The notes under the pieces were generated by a model. That model had not been told where the DNA came from. It worked only from the letters and a program-made list of their open reading frames with translations, and did not search any database. Both the position numbers and the translations under genes were made by a program. From positions 69,599-133,598 of the forward strand of contig JAFLUY010000003.1 of assembly GCA_022508565.1 (NCBI GenBank): a DNA stretch of 64,000 nt. The letters run 5' to 3'. This document shows positions 29,150-39,776 of this stretch, in pieces; position 1 is the first letter of the stretch; each line of letters begins with the position of its first letter. Source of the DNA: Erysipelotrichales bacterium (GTDB lineage Bacteria; Bacillota_I; Bacilli_A; RF39; UBA660).

Positions 29150-29165
29150 TGTTTCACGTGAAACA
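29150..29165. promoter_or_regulatory. parS site 3 (TGTTTCACGTGAAACA)
   Basis: Exact consensus, embedded in the 24-bp palindrome CAAATGTTTCACGTGAAACATTTG. Confidence 0.7.
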
Positions 29166-29233
29166 TTTGCTATTGCTCATATATTATTAGAAAAAACCAT
29201 ATATATCAATACTCTAAAAATTATTTTATTCAA

Positions 29234-29249
29234 TGTTTCACGTGAAACA
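29234..29249. promoter_or_regulatory. parS site 4 (TGTTTCACGTGAAACA)
   Basis: Exact consensus in the 28-bp palindrome ATTCAATG...CATTGAAT, 16 nt past the gyrA stop. May double as the gyrA terminator hairpin. Confidence 0.7.
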
Positions 29250-29270
29250 TTGAATAAAAAAAGAAACTGA

Positions 29271-31733
29271 TTATTCCTCAGTTTCTTGAATTTCGTCTTC
29301 TTCCTCAGATTCGTCGAATTTGTCTACTAAACTAACAGTCGAAACATATTGATTATCTTTAAGGTTAATAAGTTTAACTCCTTGAGTAACTCTACCTAAC
29401 TGTGAAATTTGATCAATTGGTAAACGTATTAACATGCCTGAATCTGTAATAATCATTAAATCTATTTCATTGTTAACAACTTTATGTGCTACTAATGCAC
29501 CATTTTTGTCTGTTACACTTAAGGCTTTAACACCTTTGCTTCCACGTTTAGTCATTCTGTATTCACTAACAAATGTTTTCTTACCAAATCCATTCTTAGT
29601 AACTACTAGGATATTATCGTCTTCTTTACCAATTTCCATTCCCGTACAATAGCCAGAGTCAAGGTTAATTCCTTTAACTCCTGAGGCTGTTCTACCCATA
29701 GGTCTAACCTCATTTTCATCAAATACTACCATTCTACCAGTAGAACTTCCAAGAATAACTTTTGAACTTCCATCTGTTAGTTTAACATCAAGTAACTCAT
29801 CGTTTTCTTTTAGAGTTATAGCTATTTTACCGCTTACTCTTATATTTGCAAATTCATCTACTAGTGTACGTTTTACAATACCATTTTTAGTAGCAAATAT
29901 TAAATATTTACCTTCAGAATCTTTATTGTAAGCAACAATTGAATTAATTCTTTCATCTTTTTCAATTTGTAAAAGATTAATAATTGGTAATCCTTTTGCT
30001 TGTCTAGAGTATTCAGGAATTTCATAACCCTTAATACGATATACTTTACCTTTATTTGTAAAGAATGTTACATAGTCATGAGTCGAACAGTTAACTAAAT
30101 GTTTAACATAATCTTCTTCATTAGTAGACATACCTTTAACTCCGACTCCTCCACGATGTTGAGATTTAAATGTGTCAGATATACACCTTTTAATGTATCC
30201 TTTATCAGTTATACTAATCATTATATCTTCTTCAGGTATTAATGATTCATCATCAATGAAGTCTACAGCTGTCATATCGATGTATGTACGACGTTCATCA
30301 GCATATCTATCTTTAATTTCTGATAATTCTTCTTTAATTATATTAAGAACTAATTGATCGTTAGCCAAAATTGCTTTATATTCTTCAATTTTCTTTAATA
30401 ATTCTTCTAATTCATTAAGAATCTTGTCTTTTTCAAGACCAGTAAGTCTTCTTAAACGCATTTCTAGTATTGCTTCTGTTTGAATATCTGTTAATCCGAA
30501 TCTTTCAGATAGCGTTTGTTTAGCTTCTTCATCACTGTCAGATCCTCTAATTATCTTAACCACTTCGTCAATGTTTTCTAGTGCAATTCTATAACCATTT
30601 AAGATGTGTACACGTTCTTCTGCTCTTCCTAAATCATATTTGGTTCTTCTAATAATGATTTCTTTTTGGAACTCAATATATTTAGCAATAATCTCTTTAA
30701 GACCTAAAGTTCTAGGTTTTTGTTGATCTAACATTAAGAAATTAATACTGAAATTAGATTGTAATGTTGTTTGTTTATATAAATTGTTTAAAACTACATT
30801 AGCATTTGCATCTTTCTTAAGTGTAATTACTATTTTTACACCATTTTCTAAGTTAGTTTCTTCATGTAAATCCGCTATTCCATCAATAAGTTTATCTCTA
30901 ACAAGTTCAGCAATTCTTTGTTGGAACATCTTTTTATTTACCATATAAGGTAATTCTGTTATTACTATCAATTGATGTCCATTGCTTTCTTCTATTGCAA
31001 CTTTACCACGAAGTGTAATAGTTCCTTTTCCTGTTTCATAAGCTTTTCTTATACCTGAATTACCAAGTATAACAGCTCCTGTTGGAAAATCTGGTCCTTT
31101 TACATAATTCATTAACTCTTCAGTAGTTATATCTTGGTTGTCAATATATGCAATACATCCATCAATTGTTTCACCTAAGTTATGTGGAGGAATGTTTGTA
31201 GCCATACCTACGGCAATTCCAATTGTTCCATTAACTAAAATATTTGGAAATCTTGAAGGAATTACTGATGGTTCTGTTGTTGTATCATCAAAATTTGGTA
31301 CAAAATCAACTGTTTCCTTTTTAATATCTCTTAGTAATTCTAAAGATAATTTAGATAGACGAGCTTCTGTATAACGCATTGCTGCTGCTCCATCGCCATC
31401 CATTGAACCGAAATTACCATGTCCTTCAATTAATACATTTCTATATGAGAATGGTTGAGCCATACGTACCATTGCATCATATATTGCAACATCTCCGTGT
31501 GGATGATAATTACCCATAACCTCTCCAACCGTTTTAGCTGATTTTCTAAAAGGTTTATCAGGTGTATAACCATTTTCATACATCGAATATAAAATTCTTC
31601 TGTGAACAGGTTTTAAACCATCTCTAAGGTCAGGTAAAGCACGAGCAACAATTACACTCATTGAATAATCTAAAAATGATTCTTTAATTTCAGTAACAAT
31701 ATTCTTTTGTACTATATTTCCTGTATTTGCCAT
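29271..31733 (-). CDS. gyrA: DNA gyrase subunit A
   Basis: 820 aa, active-site region [10 protein letters not shown]-terminal beta-pinwheel repeats and acidic tail. Confidence 0.95.
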   Translation of the reverse strand: MANTGNIVQKNIVTEIKESFLDYSMSVIVARALPDLRDGLKPVHRRILYSMYENGYTPDKPFRKSAKTVGEVMGNYHPHGDVAIYDAMVRMAQPFSYRNVLIEGHGNFGSMDGDGAAAMRYTEARLSKLSLELLRDIKKETVDFVPNFDDTTTEPSVIPSRFPNILVNGTIGIAVGMATNIPPHNLGETIDGCIAYIDNQDITTEELMNYVKGPDFPTGAVILGNSGIRKAYETGKGTITLRGKVAIEESNGHQLIVITELPYMVNKKMFQQRIAELVRDKLIDGIADLHEETNLENGVKIVITLKKDANANVVLNNLYKQTTLQSNFSINFLMLDQQKPRTLGLKEIIAKYIEFQKEIIIRRTKYDLGRAEERVHILNGYRIALENIDEVVKIIRGSDSDEEAKQTLSERFGLTDIQTEAILEMRLRRLTGLEKDKILNELEELLKKIEEYKAILANDQLVLNIIKEELSEIKDRYADERRTYIDMTAVDFIDDESLIPEEDIMISITDKGYIKRCISDTFKSQHRGGVGVKGMSTNEEDYVKHLVNCSTHDYVTFFTNKGKVYRIKGYEIPEYSRQAKGLPIINLLQIEKDERINSIVAYNKDSEGKYLIFATKNGIVKRTLVDEFANIRVSGKIAITLKENDELLDVKLTDGSSKVILGSSTGRMVVFDENEVRPMGRTASGVKGINLDSGYCTGMEIGKEDDNILVVTKNGFGKKTFVSEYRMTKRGSKGVKALSVTDKNGALVAHKVVNNEIDLMIITDSGMLIRLPIDQISQLGRVTQGVKLINLKDNQYVSTVSLVDKFDESEEEDEIQETEE

Positions 31734-31744
31734 TCTTCACCCTC

Positions 31745-33658
31745 CTAAACATCTAGATTTTCTACATAATGAGCATTTTCTACGATAAAATCTCTTCTTG
31801 GCTCTACATTATCACTCATTAGCAATTCAAATGCTGCATCAGCTGCCATTGCATCATCAACAGTTATTTGTTTTAAAGTTCTCTTTTCTGGACTCATTGT
31901 TGTTTCTCTTAATTCAATAGCGTCCATTTCTCCTAAACCTTTAAATCTACTAATTTCTTTTTTTGTATTTTCTGGTATTTCTGCTAATATTTGATTTAAT
32001 TCATCATCTGTCATTGCTAGCTTTTGATTTTTTCCATATGTAACTTTGTATAAAGGGGGAGTTGCTGCATAAACATATCCTCCTTCAACCACAGGTTTAA
32101 AGAAACGATAGAATAATGTTAATAATAATGTTCTAATATGTGCTCCATCAACATCGGCATCGGTCATTATTATTATTTTATGATATCTTAATTTTTCAAT
32201 ATCAAATTCGTCGCCAATTCCTGTACCAAAAGCAGTTATCATACTTCTAATTTCTTCATTAGCTAAAGCTCTATCTAAACGTGCTTTTTCGACATTTAAT
32301 ATTTTTCCACGAAGAGGAAGAATTGCTTGAGTCATAAAGTCTCTTCCATCTTTTGCAGAACCACCTGCCGAATCACCTTCGACAATAAATATTTCACATT
32401 CACTTGGATCTTTACTCTTACAATCAGTAAGTTTACCCATGAAGTTAATATTATCTAATCCGCCTTTTCTTCTAGTTAATTCACGTGCTTTTTTAGCAGC
32501 TAATCTAGCTCTAGCAGCTGTAGTACACTTTTCAACTATTAATCTAGCTTCATTAGGATTTTCCATAAGGAATCTTTCAAATCCTTCATTAAATAGGTCT
32601 GAAGCAATCTTTCTTACTTCACTGTTACCTAATTTAGTCTTTGTTTGACCTTCAAATTGAGGATTTGGGTGTTTACAAGAAATAATCATTGTAACACCTT
32701 CTCTAACATCATCGCCAGTTAAGGCTTCATCATTATCTTTTAATAATTTATTATTACGTGCATAATTGTTAATTACTCTTGTTAAGGCATTTTTTACACC
32801 GTCTTCATGTGTTCCACCTTCAACAGTATGAATATTGTTAGTAAATGAATAAATATTTGAATTATATCCATCATTATATTGCATTGCAACTTCAACAATA
32901 ATACCTTCTTGTTCTCCTTCAACATAAATTACATTTTCATGTAAAGGCGTCTTATTTTTATTAAGCATTTGTACATACTCAATTATTCCGCCTAAATAAT
33001 GATAAGTTGCATTCTTTTCATCTTCTCTTTCATCTCTTAAGAAAATTTTTAGTCCTTTATTTAAGAATGCTATTTCTCTTAATCTTTGTTCTAATGTTTC
33101 ATAACTATACACAGTAGTTTCTTGAAAAATTTCTGGATCAGCTTTAAATCTTACTTCGGTTCCTGTGTTATTCTCATCACACTCACCTATAATTTCTAGT
33201 TTTCCAGTAGGTTTTCCGCCATTTTCAAATCTTAAAAAATGAATTTTACCTTCTCTAAATACTTTAACTTCAACCCAGGAAGATAAAGCGTTTACTACAG
33301 ATGCACCAACTCCATGAAGTCCACCACTAACCTTGTAGCCTCCACCACCGAATTTACCACCAGCATGTAATACAGTAAATATTGTTTCAATAGTTGATAA
33401 ACCAGTTTTTTCATTAATACCTGTTGGCATTCCTCTACCGTTATCTCTAACTTTTATTATATTTCCTTTTTCAATAGTTACTTGAATTTCTGTACAATAC
33501 CCAGCTAAAGCTTCATCAACTGCGTTATCAACAATTTCCCATACTAAATGATGTAGACCTCTTTCACTAGTTGTACCTATATACATACCTGGTCTTTTTC
33601 TAACAGCTTCTAGTCCTTCCAATACTTGAATTGCACTATCGTTATATTCATTTTTCAT
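31745..33658 (-). CDS. gyrB: DNA gyrase subunit B
   Basis: GHKL ATPase, Toprim [20 protein letters not shown]. Start at MKNEYNDS with GAGGAGG RBS. Confidence 0.95.
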   Translation of the reverse strand: MKNEYNDSAIQVLEGLEAVRKRPGMYIGTTSERGLHHLVWEIVDNAVDEALAGYCTEIQVTIEKGNIIKVRDNGRGMPTGINEKTGLSTIETIFTVLHAGGKFGGGGYKVSGGLHGVGASVVNALSSWVEVKVFREGKIHFLRFENGGKPTGKLEIIGECDENNTGTEVRFKADPEIFQETTVYSYETLEQRLREIAFLNKGLKIFLRDEREDEKNATYHYLGGIIEYVQMLNKNKTPLHENVIYVEGEQEGIIVEVAMQYNDGYNSNIYSFTNNIHTVEGGTHEDGVKNALTRVINNYARNNKLLKDNDEALTGDDVREGVTMIISCKHPNPQFEGQTKTKLGNSEVRKIASDLFNEGFERFLMENPNEARLIVEKCTTAARARLAAKKARELTRRKGGLDNINFMGKLTDCKSKDPSECEIFIVEGDSAGGSAKDGRDFMTQAILPLRGKILNVEKARLDRALANEEIRSMITAFGTGIGDEFDIEKLRYHKIIIMTDADVDGAHIRTLLLTLFYRFFKPVVEGGYVYAATPPLYKVTYGKNQKLAMTDDELNQILAEIPENTKKEISRFKGLGEMDAIELRETTMSPEKRTLKQITVDDAMAADAAFELLMSDNVEPRRDFIVENAHYVENLDV

Positions 33659-34748
33659 AACATTCCTCCTCAACTTTACCATTTATAACATTAAAAATCT
33701 TACTATTTTCTTTCAATTTATTTGCTACTTTATCTAATTCTGTAGTTGTAACAAAGGTTTGAATCTCATCACTTATAAAATCTAAAATATTATTAATTTT
33801 CTCTTCATCTAACTCACTAAATAAATCATCTAAAATCAATATAGGAACAACCCCTTTTTTATCCTTAAATATCTCAATTTCTCCCATTTTTAAGGAAATA
33901 ATGGCATTTTTTTGTTCACCCTCAGAACCATAATCTTTTAAACTAAAATTATTTAAAGAAAAATCATAGTCATCTCGATGAATTCCTATATTTGTCTTTC
34001 CTAAAACTATATCTCTATCTTTTTCTTTTTTATAAATGTTTTTCAAATCCTCTTTAGATTTTCCAGTATAATTAGAATTATATTTTAATTCTAATCCTTC
34101 TTTTCCAGCAATTTTTAAATAATTTTTACTTATATAGACATTTAAATCATTTATAAAATTTTGTCGATAATCATTCACTTTTAAACCTAATTCTATTAAT
34201 TGATCAGTTAAAATATCTAAATAATCTAAAGAAGCATTACCATTTAAATACATAGTTTTAAGATAAGAATTTCTTTGCTTTAGAACTTTATTGTAGTAAG
34301 TTAATATTTTTAAATAATCATTAGATAACTGTGATAATTCAATATTTATTAACTTTCTTCTAGTATTAGGTGTATCTTTTATTAATTTTAAATCTTCAGA
34401 AGTAAATAAAACTATATTAATATTAGATAAGTAATAAGCTAATTTTTCTATATTAGTATTATTAATTTTAACTTTCTTCAAATTATTTTTAATAATAACC
34501 TTATAATTATCTTTATTTTTATCCTCTATTGTTCCTTCAATTCTCGTAAGATCAGTATTATTTTTAATAACTACTTCTTCTTTTGAACCTCTAAAAGATT
34601 TAGTAAATGCTAAAACATATATGGCTTCAACTATATTAGTTTTACCCATTCCATTTTTACCAATAATTATATTTTTTGATGGATTAAATGAAAGTTCTAA
34701 TTTTTCATAATTTCTAAAATTTAGTAACTTTAAATTTAAAATTTTCAT
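33648..34748 (-). CDS. recF: DNA replication/repair protein RecF
   Basis: Walker [10 protein letters not shown] and LDDLFSELD. Start at [14 protein letters not shown] with AAGGGGG RBS. The 39-aa upstream extension in the ORF track is rejected. Confidence 0.85.
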   Translation of the reverse strand: MKILNLKLLNFRNYEKLELSFNPSKNIIIGKNGMGKTNIVEAIYVLAFTKSFRGSKEEVVIKNNTDLTRIEGTIEDKNKDNYKVIIKNNLKKVKINNTNIEKLAYYLSNINIVLFTSEDLKLIKDTPNTRRKLINIELSQLSNDYLKILTYYNKVLKQRNSYLKTMYLNGNASLDYLDILTDQLIELGLKVNDYRQNFINDLNVYISKNYLKIAGKEGLELKYNSNYTGKSKEDLKNIYKKEKDRDIVLGKTNIGIHRDDYDFSLNNFSLKDYGSEGEQKNAIISLKMGEIEIFKDKKGVVPILILDDLFSELDEEKINNILDFISDEIQTFVTTTELDKVANKLKENSKIFNVINGKVEEECYEK

Positions 34749-34864
34749 TTTAACCCCCTTAATTTCAATTTTAAGTGATTTTATATAATTATAGGTACAC
34801 CTATACCACATAATAATTATATCACAAAATAGATATATAAAAAAGATTTTTATAAAAAAGAACA

Positions 34865-35308
34865 TTATTTTTTTCTTAAATAATGTTCTAATTTTGTGGA
34901 TCTTAAAATTTGATTATTTATTATATTTAAACTAACATTAAAATCTATTAATATTCCGTTAGTAAATTCTATTACAGTAACCTTTTTTAACTTATTATAA
35001 TGTACTTTACTTATATTAGATAAATTAACCCATGCTACCTCTTTTAATCGGGTAGAGCAAGTTGGAAAGAATATTAAATTTTCTTTTTCACTTATTAAAA
35101 TAGGACACTTATAATTACTACCAACTAATTTTTCCGCACTTTTTTGTCTTCCATCAATTGTACTGCCATTTTTAATACAATTAATATTAACGATAACATT
35201 TGGTCTTTTATTTATAATGAATATTTCATCAGCTTCATAAACTATAGATTTATTATTATCGCATGGAATTATCGCTAAAGTCTTAGAATTAATAGTATAA
35301 TCCACCAA
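34865..35308 (-). CDS. ComK-family protein (competence transcription factor-like), TTG start
   Basis: Compared with B. subtilis ComK by recall: TLAIIPC/ATIAVLPE, LIFFPTCSTR/IFLFPTLSSTR, KEVAWVNLSNISKVHYNK.../QCGWISHVHVKEF... TTG start preceded by AGGAGGTG. Confidence 0.55.
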   Translation of the reverse strand: MVDYTINSKTLAIIPCDNNKSIVYEADEIFIINKRPNVIVNINCIKNGSTIDGRQKSAEKLVGSNYKCPILISEKENLIFFPTCSTRLKEVAWVNLSNISKVHYNKLKKVTVIEFTNGILIDFNVSLNIINNQILRSTKLEHYLRKK

Positions 35309-35386
35309 ATTTCACCTCCTGACGAGGTATTACCTTAACAAACAATTAGTATAAAATTTGTCGAAAAAAAAAGGAGTTTTCTCCTT

Positions 35387-36508
35387 TTAATAAGTTTTTA
35401 TAGGTAAAACTAGTTGTATTAATGATTCATCTGATACAGACTTAATAACAATTGGTTTTGAATCACTATTCATACAAATAATTATATCTTCATCATCTAT
35501 AGTTCTTAAAGCATCCATCATATACTTAGCACTAAATGATATCGAAATATCATCCATAATATTTCTATCAACTGTAATTCTATTTTCAGCTTTTCCAATT
35601 TCTGATGCATATGAAGTAATAATAAGTTCATTATTATTAGCATCCATTTTTACAATATTCTTTTCTTTACTTTGTGTTAATAATGATGCACCATCTATAG
35701 CATTAAAGTAATCATTTAATTTAACAGATATAATATGTTCAAATTCTGCTGGAATAAAATTAGCTGTATTTGGATAAGTTCCATTTAATAAATTTGATTG
35801 AAAAATAATATTTTCATATTTAAACATAATTTTATTATCAAATATATGAATTTCAACATTTTTATTTTCTTCGCTCATTATTTTATCCAATTCATTAATA
35901 TTTTTCCCAGGAATCACAATATCAACAACATCTTCATAAACATCAGTTAAATTAATTGTCTTTTTAGCTAAACGATAAGAATCTGTTGCTGTACATTCTA
36001 ATAAATTACCATTAACTTTTATATTTATACCAGTAAGCAATGGTCTTGATTCTTGAGTTGATACTGCAAATATAGTTTGTCTTATCATTTTCTTTAAATC
36101 ACCTGATTTAAGTTCAATAAAATGTTCGTTATCTTTTAAATCTATTTGTGGATAATCTAAACTATTTAAACAATTTAAATTATATTGACTAGTTTCTGTA
36201 TAAATTAGTATTTTTAATCCATCAATTACTTCAAAATTAATAACATCACTAGGCATCTTTTTAATGATTTCTAGTATATATTTACTTTGAATAATTATTT
36301 CTCCTTCAATTTCAATTTTTTCAATTTTATCTTTAGGTATAAAAGATTTAATTGTTAGATCAGAATCACTTGCAGTTAATGATAATCCATCTTTACTTAA
36401 TTCAAATTTAATTCCATTTAATATTGGAATAATATTTCTTGTTGATATAGCCTTACTAACATTTGTTAATTGTTCTAAAATAATATTTTTCTTAATTGAA
36501 AATTTCAT
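35387..36508 (-). CDS. dnaN: DNA polymerase III beta sliding clamp
   Basis: 373 aa, three-domain clamp pattern. Position directly downstream of dnaA. Confidence 0.9.
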   Translation of the reverse strand: MKFSIKKNIILEQLTNVSKAISTRNIIPILNGIKFELSKDGLSLTASDSDLTIKSFIPKDKIEKIEIEGEIIIQSKYILEIIKKMPSDVINFEVIDGLKILIYTETSQYNLNCLNSLDYPQIDLKDNEHFIELKSGDLKKMIRQTIFAVSTQESRPLLTGINIKVNGNLLECTATDSYRLAKKTINLTDVYEDVVDIVIPGKNINELDKIMSEENKNVEIHIFDNKIMFKYENIIFQSNLLNGTYPNTANFIPAEFEHIISVKLNDYFNAIDGASLLTQSKEKNIVKMDANNNELIITSYASEIGKAENRITVDRNIMDDISISFSAKYMMDALRTIDDEDIIICMNSDSKPIVIKSVSDESLIQLVLPIKTY

Positions 36509-36657
36509 TTTTTTCCTTCTTTCTTTTTTTATTTATTTTATATAATTATTATTATTAGGGTTGATAAAGTTGAAAACTATTATTTATTCCTTAATTATAG
36601 TGTTTTGAACAGAAAAGTTATTAATTTTTATTGTTTAAAACTTACTATTTATTAACA
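36509..36657. promoter_or_regulatory. dnaA-dnaN spacer: candidate oriC unwinding element with degenerate DnaA-box-like 9-mers
   Basis: Extremely AT-rich. Contains GTTGAAAAC and TTTTGAACA, relatives of the TTTTCAACA repeat upstream of dnaA. Confidence 0.45.
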
Positions 36658-38007
36658 TTAATTAACTATTCTATCTTTAATTTCTTTAATTTGTTTTCTT
36701 AAATCTTCATTTTTATTATATTCTTCATTTATTTTATCACAAGCATGTATTACAGTAGCATGATCGCGATTAAATTCTAATCCAATTCTTTCAATTGTTT
36801 CTTCTGTAGTCATCTTACATAAATACATAGCAACTTGTCTTGCATGATTTATATTTGCTGTTCTTTTTTTGCTTTTTAAATTTTCTACAGTTAAATCATA
36901 ATATTCAGCAATAGCTTTTTGAATTTTGCCTATATTATTAGTTATATATAATGAATTACCAAAATAATCTTTTAAAGCATCTTGTGCAAATTCTAAATTA
37001 ATTTCTTTAGGAGAATACATTGCTGTAACAGCATATAATCTATTAATAGCGCCCTCAAGATGTCTAACATCACTTTCAGAATTATTTGCCATATATTCTA
37101 ATACTTCAGGTTTTATAAATTGAGATACTTCATGACCGGCAATTTTATTTTTTATAATTTTTAATCTTAATTCATAATCGGGTGGGGTAATATTTACTGT
37201 AATTCCCCAAGAAAATCTAGTTTTTAAACGATCTTCTAATACCTGTAAATCATCCGGCGATCTATCAGAACTTATTATTATTTGTTTTTTTCCTTCATGT
37301 AATGAATTAAAAGTATTAAAGAATTCATCTTGAGTTTTAGTAGCTCCTCCAAAAAATTGAATATCATCAATAATCAATACATCGATATTGCGATATTTAT
37401 TTTTGAATTTTTCTTCAAGTTCGTATTTATCTTCATCTGTTTTATATCTTCTAGTAAAATCTTCAACAAATGTTTCACTTGTAACATATAAAACTGATTT
37501 TTCTGAATTATCTTTAATATAATTACCAATAGCATGCATCAAATGTGTTTTACCAAGACCACTTTTACCATATATAAATAGGGGATTATAAAGTTTCCCT
37601 GGCTGTTCAGCTACAGATAATCCTACAGTTGCTGCTAATCTGTTTGTATCGCCAATCACAAAATTATCAAAAGTATAACTCGGATTTAAATTTGAATTAT
37701 TTTCCTTAAATTTAGGAATATCGACTTTTTCTTCAATAATTACTGGTTCATCTTGTACTACTTCATCAGGAGTAACTATTTCATATGAATAAGCTTCATC
37801 AGAACAATTAGCAATAGCTTCTTCAATAACATCATCATAATAAGATAGAAGATGTTGTTTAATATAATTAGAATTAACTTTTATTATTAAAGTACCATTT
37901 TCTATATTAGTTAATTCTGTATCTTTGAACCAGATATTAAATGAAATATTAGATACTTTTGAATAAATATAATCAAGACATTTTTTCCAAAAATTTTCCT
38001 TGTCCAT
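36658..38007 (-). CDS. dnaA: chromosomal replication initiator DnaA
   Basis: AAA+ GKSGLGKTHL, DDIQF, C-terminal DNA-binding domain. First gene of the - strand block at the strand switch. Confidence 0.95.
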   Translation of the reverse strand: MDKENFWKKCLDYIYSKVSNISFNIWFKDTELTNIENGTLIIKVNSNYIKQHLLSYYDDVIEEAIANCSDEAYSYEIVTPDEVVQDEPVIIEEKVDIPKFKENNSNLNPSYTFDNFVIGDTNRLAATVGLSVAEQPGKLYNPLFIYGKSGLGKTHLMHAIGNYIKDNSEKSVLYVTSETFVEDFTRRYKTDEDKYELEEKFKNKYRNIDVLIIDDIQFFGGATKTQDEFFNTFNSLHEGKKQIIISSDRSPDDLQVLEDRLKTRFSWGITVNITPPDYELRLKIIKNKIAGHEVSQFIKPEVLEYMANNSESDVRHLEGAINRLYAVTAMYSPKEINLEFAQDALKDYFGNSLYITNNIGKIQKAIAEYYDLTVENLKSKKRTANINHARQVAMYLCKMTTEETIERIGLEFNRDHATVIHACDKINEEYNKNEDLRKQIKEIKDRIVN

Positions 38008-38349
38008 TTAACCACCCTGTTCTAGTCTAATTTCTAATTAAATTTTATAACTTTTTTGTCGAAAAAGTAAAGAAAAATGTCGTAATAAAAACTATCAACA
38101 GACTTTTCGACAATTTTTTCAACAATTTATACACTATAATATAATGGATTAAATGAGTTTTCAACATTTTCAACAAATTTTTAAAAATTTATTTCAACAA
38201 GTTATAAAAAGTTTTAAACATTAAACGTTGATATTGTTGAAAAGTGTATTAATAACCTATTTTATAAGGAAAAGTAGGGAATAGTTATTGACTTATAAAT
38301 TTTAATATAATATAATAACCTTGCTTTGAGATGTGGAGGTGGAGCATTT
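38008..38349. promoter_or_regulatory. oriC region (dnaA-rpmH spacer) with repeated TTTTCAACA / TTTTCGACA 9-mers; contains the rpmH promoter
   Basis: At least 5 copies of TTTTCAACA-like and 2 inverted TTTTCGACAA/TTGTCGAAAA, plus one ACTATCAACA. TTGACT-17-TATAAT at 38288-38316. Gene-strand switch occurs here. Confidence 0.6.
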
Positions 38350-38472
38350 ATGAAGAGAACTTTTCAACCAAATAATCGTAAAAAGGCAAAGAAACATGGA
38401 TTCTTCGCTCGTAAAAATACAAAAATTTTAAAAACTAGAAGAGCTAAAGGACGTAAAGTACTTTGTAAGTAA
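38350..38472 (+). CDS. rpmH: 50S ribosomal protein L34
   Basis: [40 protein letters not shown], found by hand; too short for the ORF track. Confidence 0.9.
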   Translation: MKRTFQPNNRKKAKKHGFFARKNTKILKTRRAKGRKVLCK

Positions 38473-38475
38473 TCT

Positions 38476-38497
38476 AAGCCACTTTGTGGCTTTTTAT
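38476..38497 (+). terminator. hairpin plus T-run between rpmH and rnpA (partial terminator/attenuator)
   Basis: AGCCAC-TTT-GTGGCT then TTTTTATT. Confidence 0.5.
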
Positions 38498-38515
38498 TCT
38501 ATTTGGAGGATTTTT

Positions 38516-38839
38516 ATGAAAAAATATGAAGTAGTTAAAGAACATAAAGACTTTGATGAAATAATAGAAAAAGGCAAATATATAAAAAGTAAAAATTTTG
38601 TTATATATAATAAGGATAGTAAAAATGATTTTCCAAGATTTGGAATTGCAGTTGGAAAAAAAGTCGGAAATGCCGTAACTAGAAATAAATTAAAAAGACA
38701 ATTTAGAATGTTATTAACTACAAATAAAAATCTGTTTTCAAATAATAAAGATTATATTATAATAGTGAAGAGAAGTTCATTAATGTCTAGTTATCAAGAC
38801 TTAGACATAGAATTAAAAAAAATAATGGAAAATAGGTGA
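38516..38839 (+). CDS. rnpA: RNase P protein component
   Basis: Basic 108-aa protein with RNR-like motif KKVGNAVTRNKLKR. Start at MKKYEV with GGAGGA RBS. The ORF-track start at 38486 lies in the terminator. Confidence 0.8.
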   Translation: MKKYEVVKEHKDFDEIIEKGKYIKSKNFVIYNKDSKNDFPRFGIAVGKKVGNAVTRNKLKRQFRMLLTTNKNLFSNNKDYIIIVKRSSLMSSYQDLDIELKKIMENR

Positions 38840-38843
38840 TACA

Positions 38844-39773
38844 ATGAAAAAGAAAATAGTAGTTGTATTTGCTATCATTTTATTAACATTAACTGGATGT
38901 ACCAAATCTTTAATGGATGATGATAATAAAAGAGTAGTAAATGAAAGCACAGGTCAAAGTTTAACAGCCAATATTTTATGTTTGCCTGAAAATGAGAGTT
39001 TATTAGATGAATATAAAAAATATGAAAAAAATATGGCTATAAAACTTGAAGATTTACCAAAATGTACTAACATGAAAGTATATGAAAAGAAATCCTATAG
39101 TGGACTATGGGTTGGATTATTTGTAAGACCACTTGCGTGGTGTATTATTAGATTAGGTAAATTATTTGGCAATTATGGTTTATCTGTAATGTTAATTGGT
39201 TTATTGATAAGATTATTAATGATGCCAGTAAGTGCTAAAACAGCTAAACAACAAGAAAATATGAAGAAAATTCAACCAGAAATGGAAAGAATAGAAAAAA
39301 AATATGCTAATAAAAATGATCAGGAGTCAATGATGAAAAAAAGCCAAGAAACATTAGCTTTATATCAAAAATATAATATAAATCCAATGAGTAGTTGCTT
39401 AGTATCATTTATTCAATTACCTTTATTCTTTGCTTTCCTAGAAGCTATTAATCGTGTACCAGCAATATTTGAAAATTCTTTCTGGAAATTTCAATTAGGT
39501 ACAACACCATTAGTTGGATTAAAAGACGGAAATTATTTCTATATAATTTTAATCGTACTTATCCTATTATTTACTGCATTATCATTTAGATATAGCATGA
39601 GTTCAATGAGTAGTTCTCCAGAACAAGTAAAACAAACAAAATATATGTTAATATTTATGACAGTATTTATTGGAGTAGCATCATTCCAACTACCATCTGC
39701 AATCGCGCTATACTGGGTAGTAACAAATGCATTTAATGTAGTCCAAATGGTATTATTAAAGAAGAGAGGTTAG
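38844..39773 (+). CDS. yidC: membrane protein insertase YidC/SpoIIIJ (lipoprotein type)
   Basis: Lipobox LTGC, then five-TM Oxa1 core, basic C-tail. Confidence 0.85.
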   Translation: MKKKIVVVFAIILLTLTGCTKSLMDDDNKRVVNESTGQSLTANILCLPENESLLDEYKKYEKNMAIKLEDLPKCTNMKVYEKKSYSGLWVGLFVRPLAWCIIRLGKLFGNYGLSVMLIGLLIRLLMMPVSAKTAKQQENMKKIQPEMERIEKKYANKNDQESMMKKSQETLALYQKYNINPMSSCLVSFIQLPLFFAFLEAINRVPAIFENSFWKFQLGTTPLVGLKDGNYFYIILIVLILLFTALSFRYSMSSMSSSPEQVKQTKYMLIFMTVFIGVASFQLPSAIALYWVVTNAFNVVQMVLLKKRG

Positions 39774-39776
39774 TAT

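Noticed and set aside
28935-29260. CACGTG-centred palindromes as E-box-like transcription-factor operators, or as a CRISPR-like array
   Set aside because: The full 16-mer matches the ParB/Spo0J parS consensus exactly. The repeats are palindromic with irregular AT-rich spacers of unequal length and no cas genes nearby, so this is not a CRISPR array.
29434-32648. Four short + strand ORFs inside gyrA/gyrB
   Set aside because: Antisense to near-universally conserved gyrase genes.
33648-34865. 39-aa N-terminal extension of recF (MFFFIKIFF...), and similar extensions on gyrB, metG, pth, rnpA, murA, the UDG gene and the yabE-like gene
   Set aside because: Extensions lack an RBS and are non-homologous. 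Internal Met codons are preceded by strong GGAGG-type RBS and match known N-termini.
38008-38349. Search for canonical DnaA boxes TTATCCACA/TGTGGATAA
   Set aside because: None found. The only TGTGGA is part of the rpmH RBS (GGAGGTGG). The origin call rests on gene context and the variant 9-mer repeats instead.
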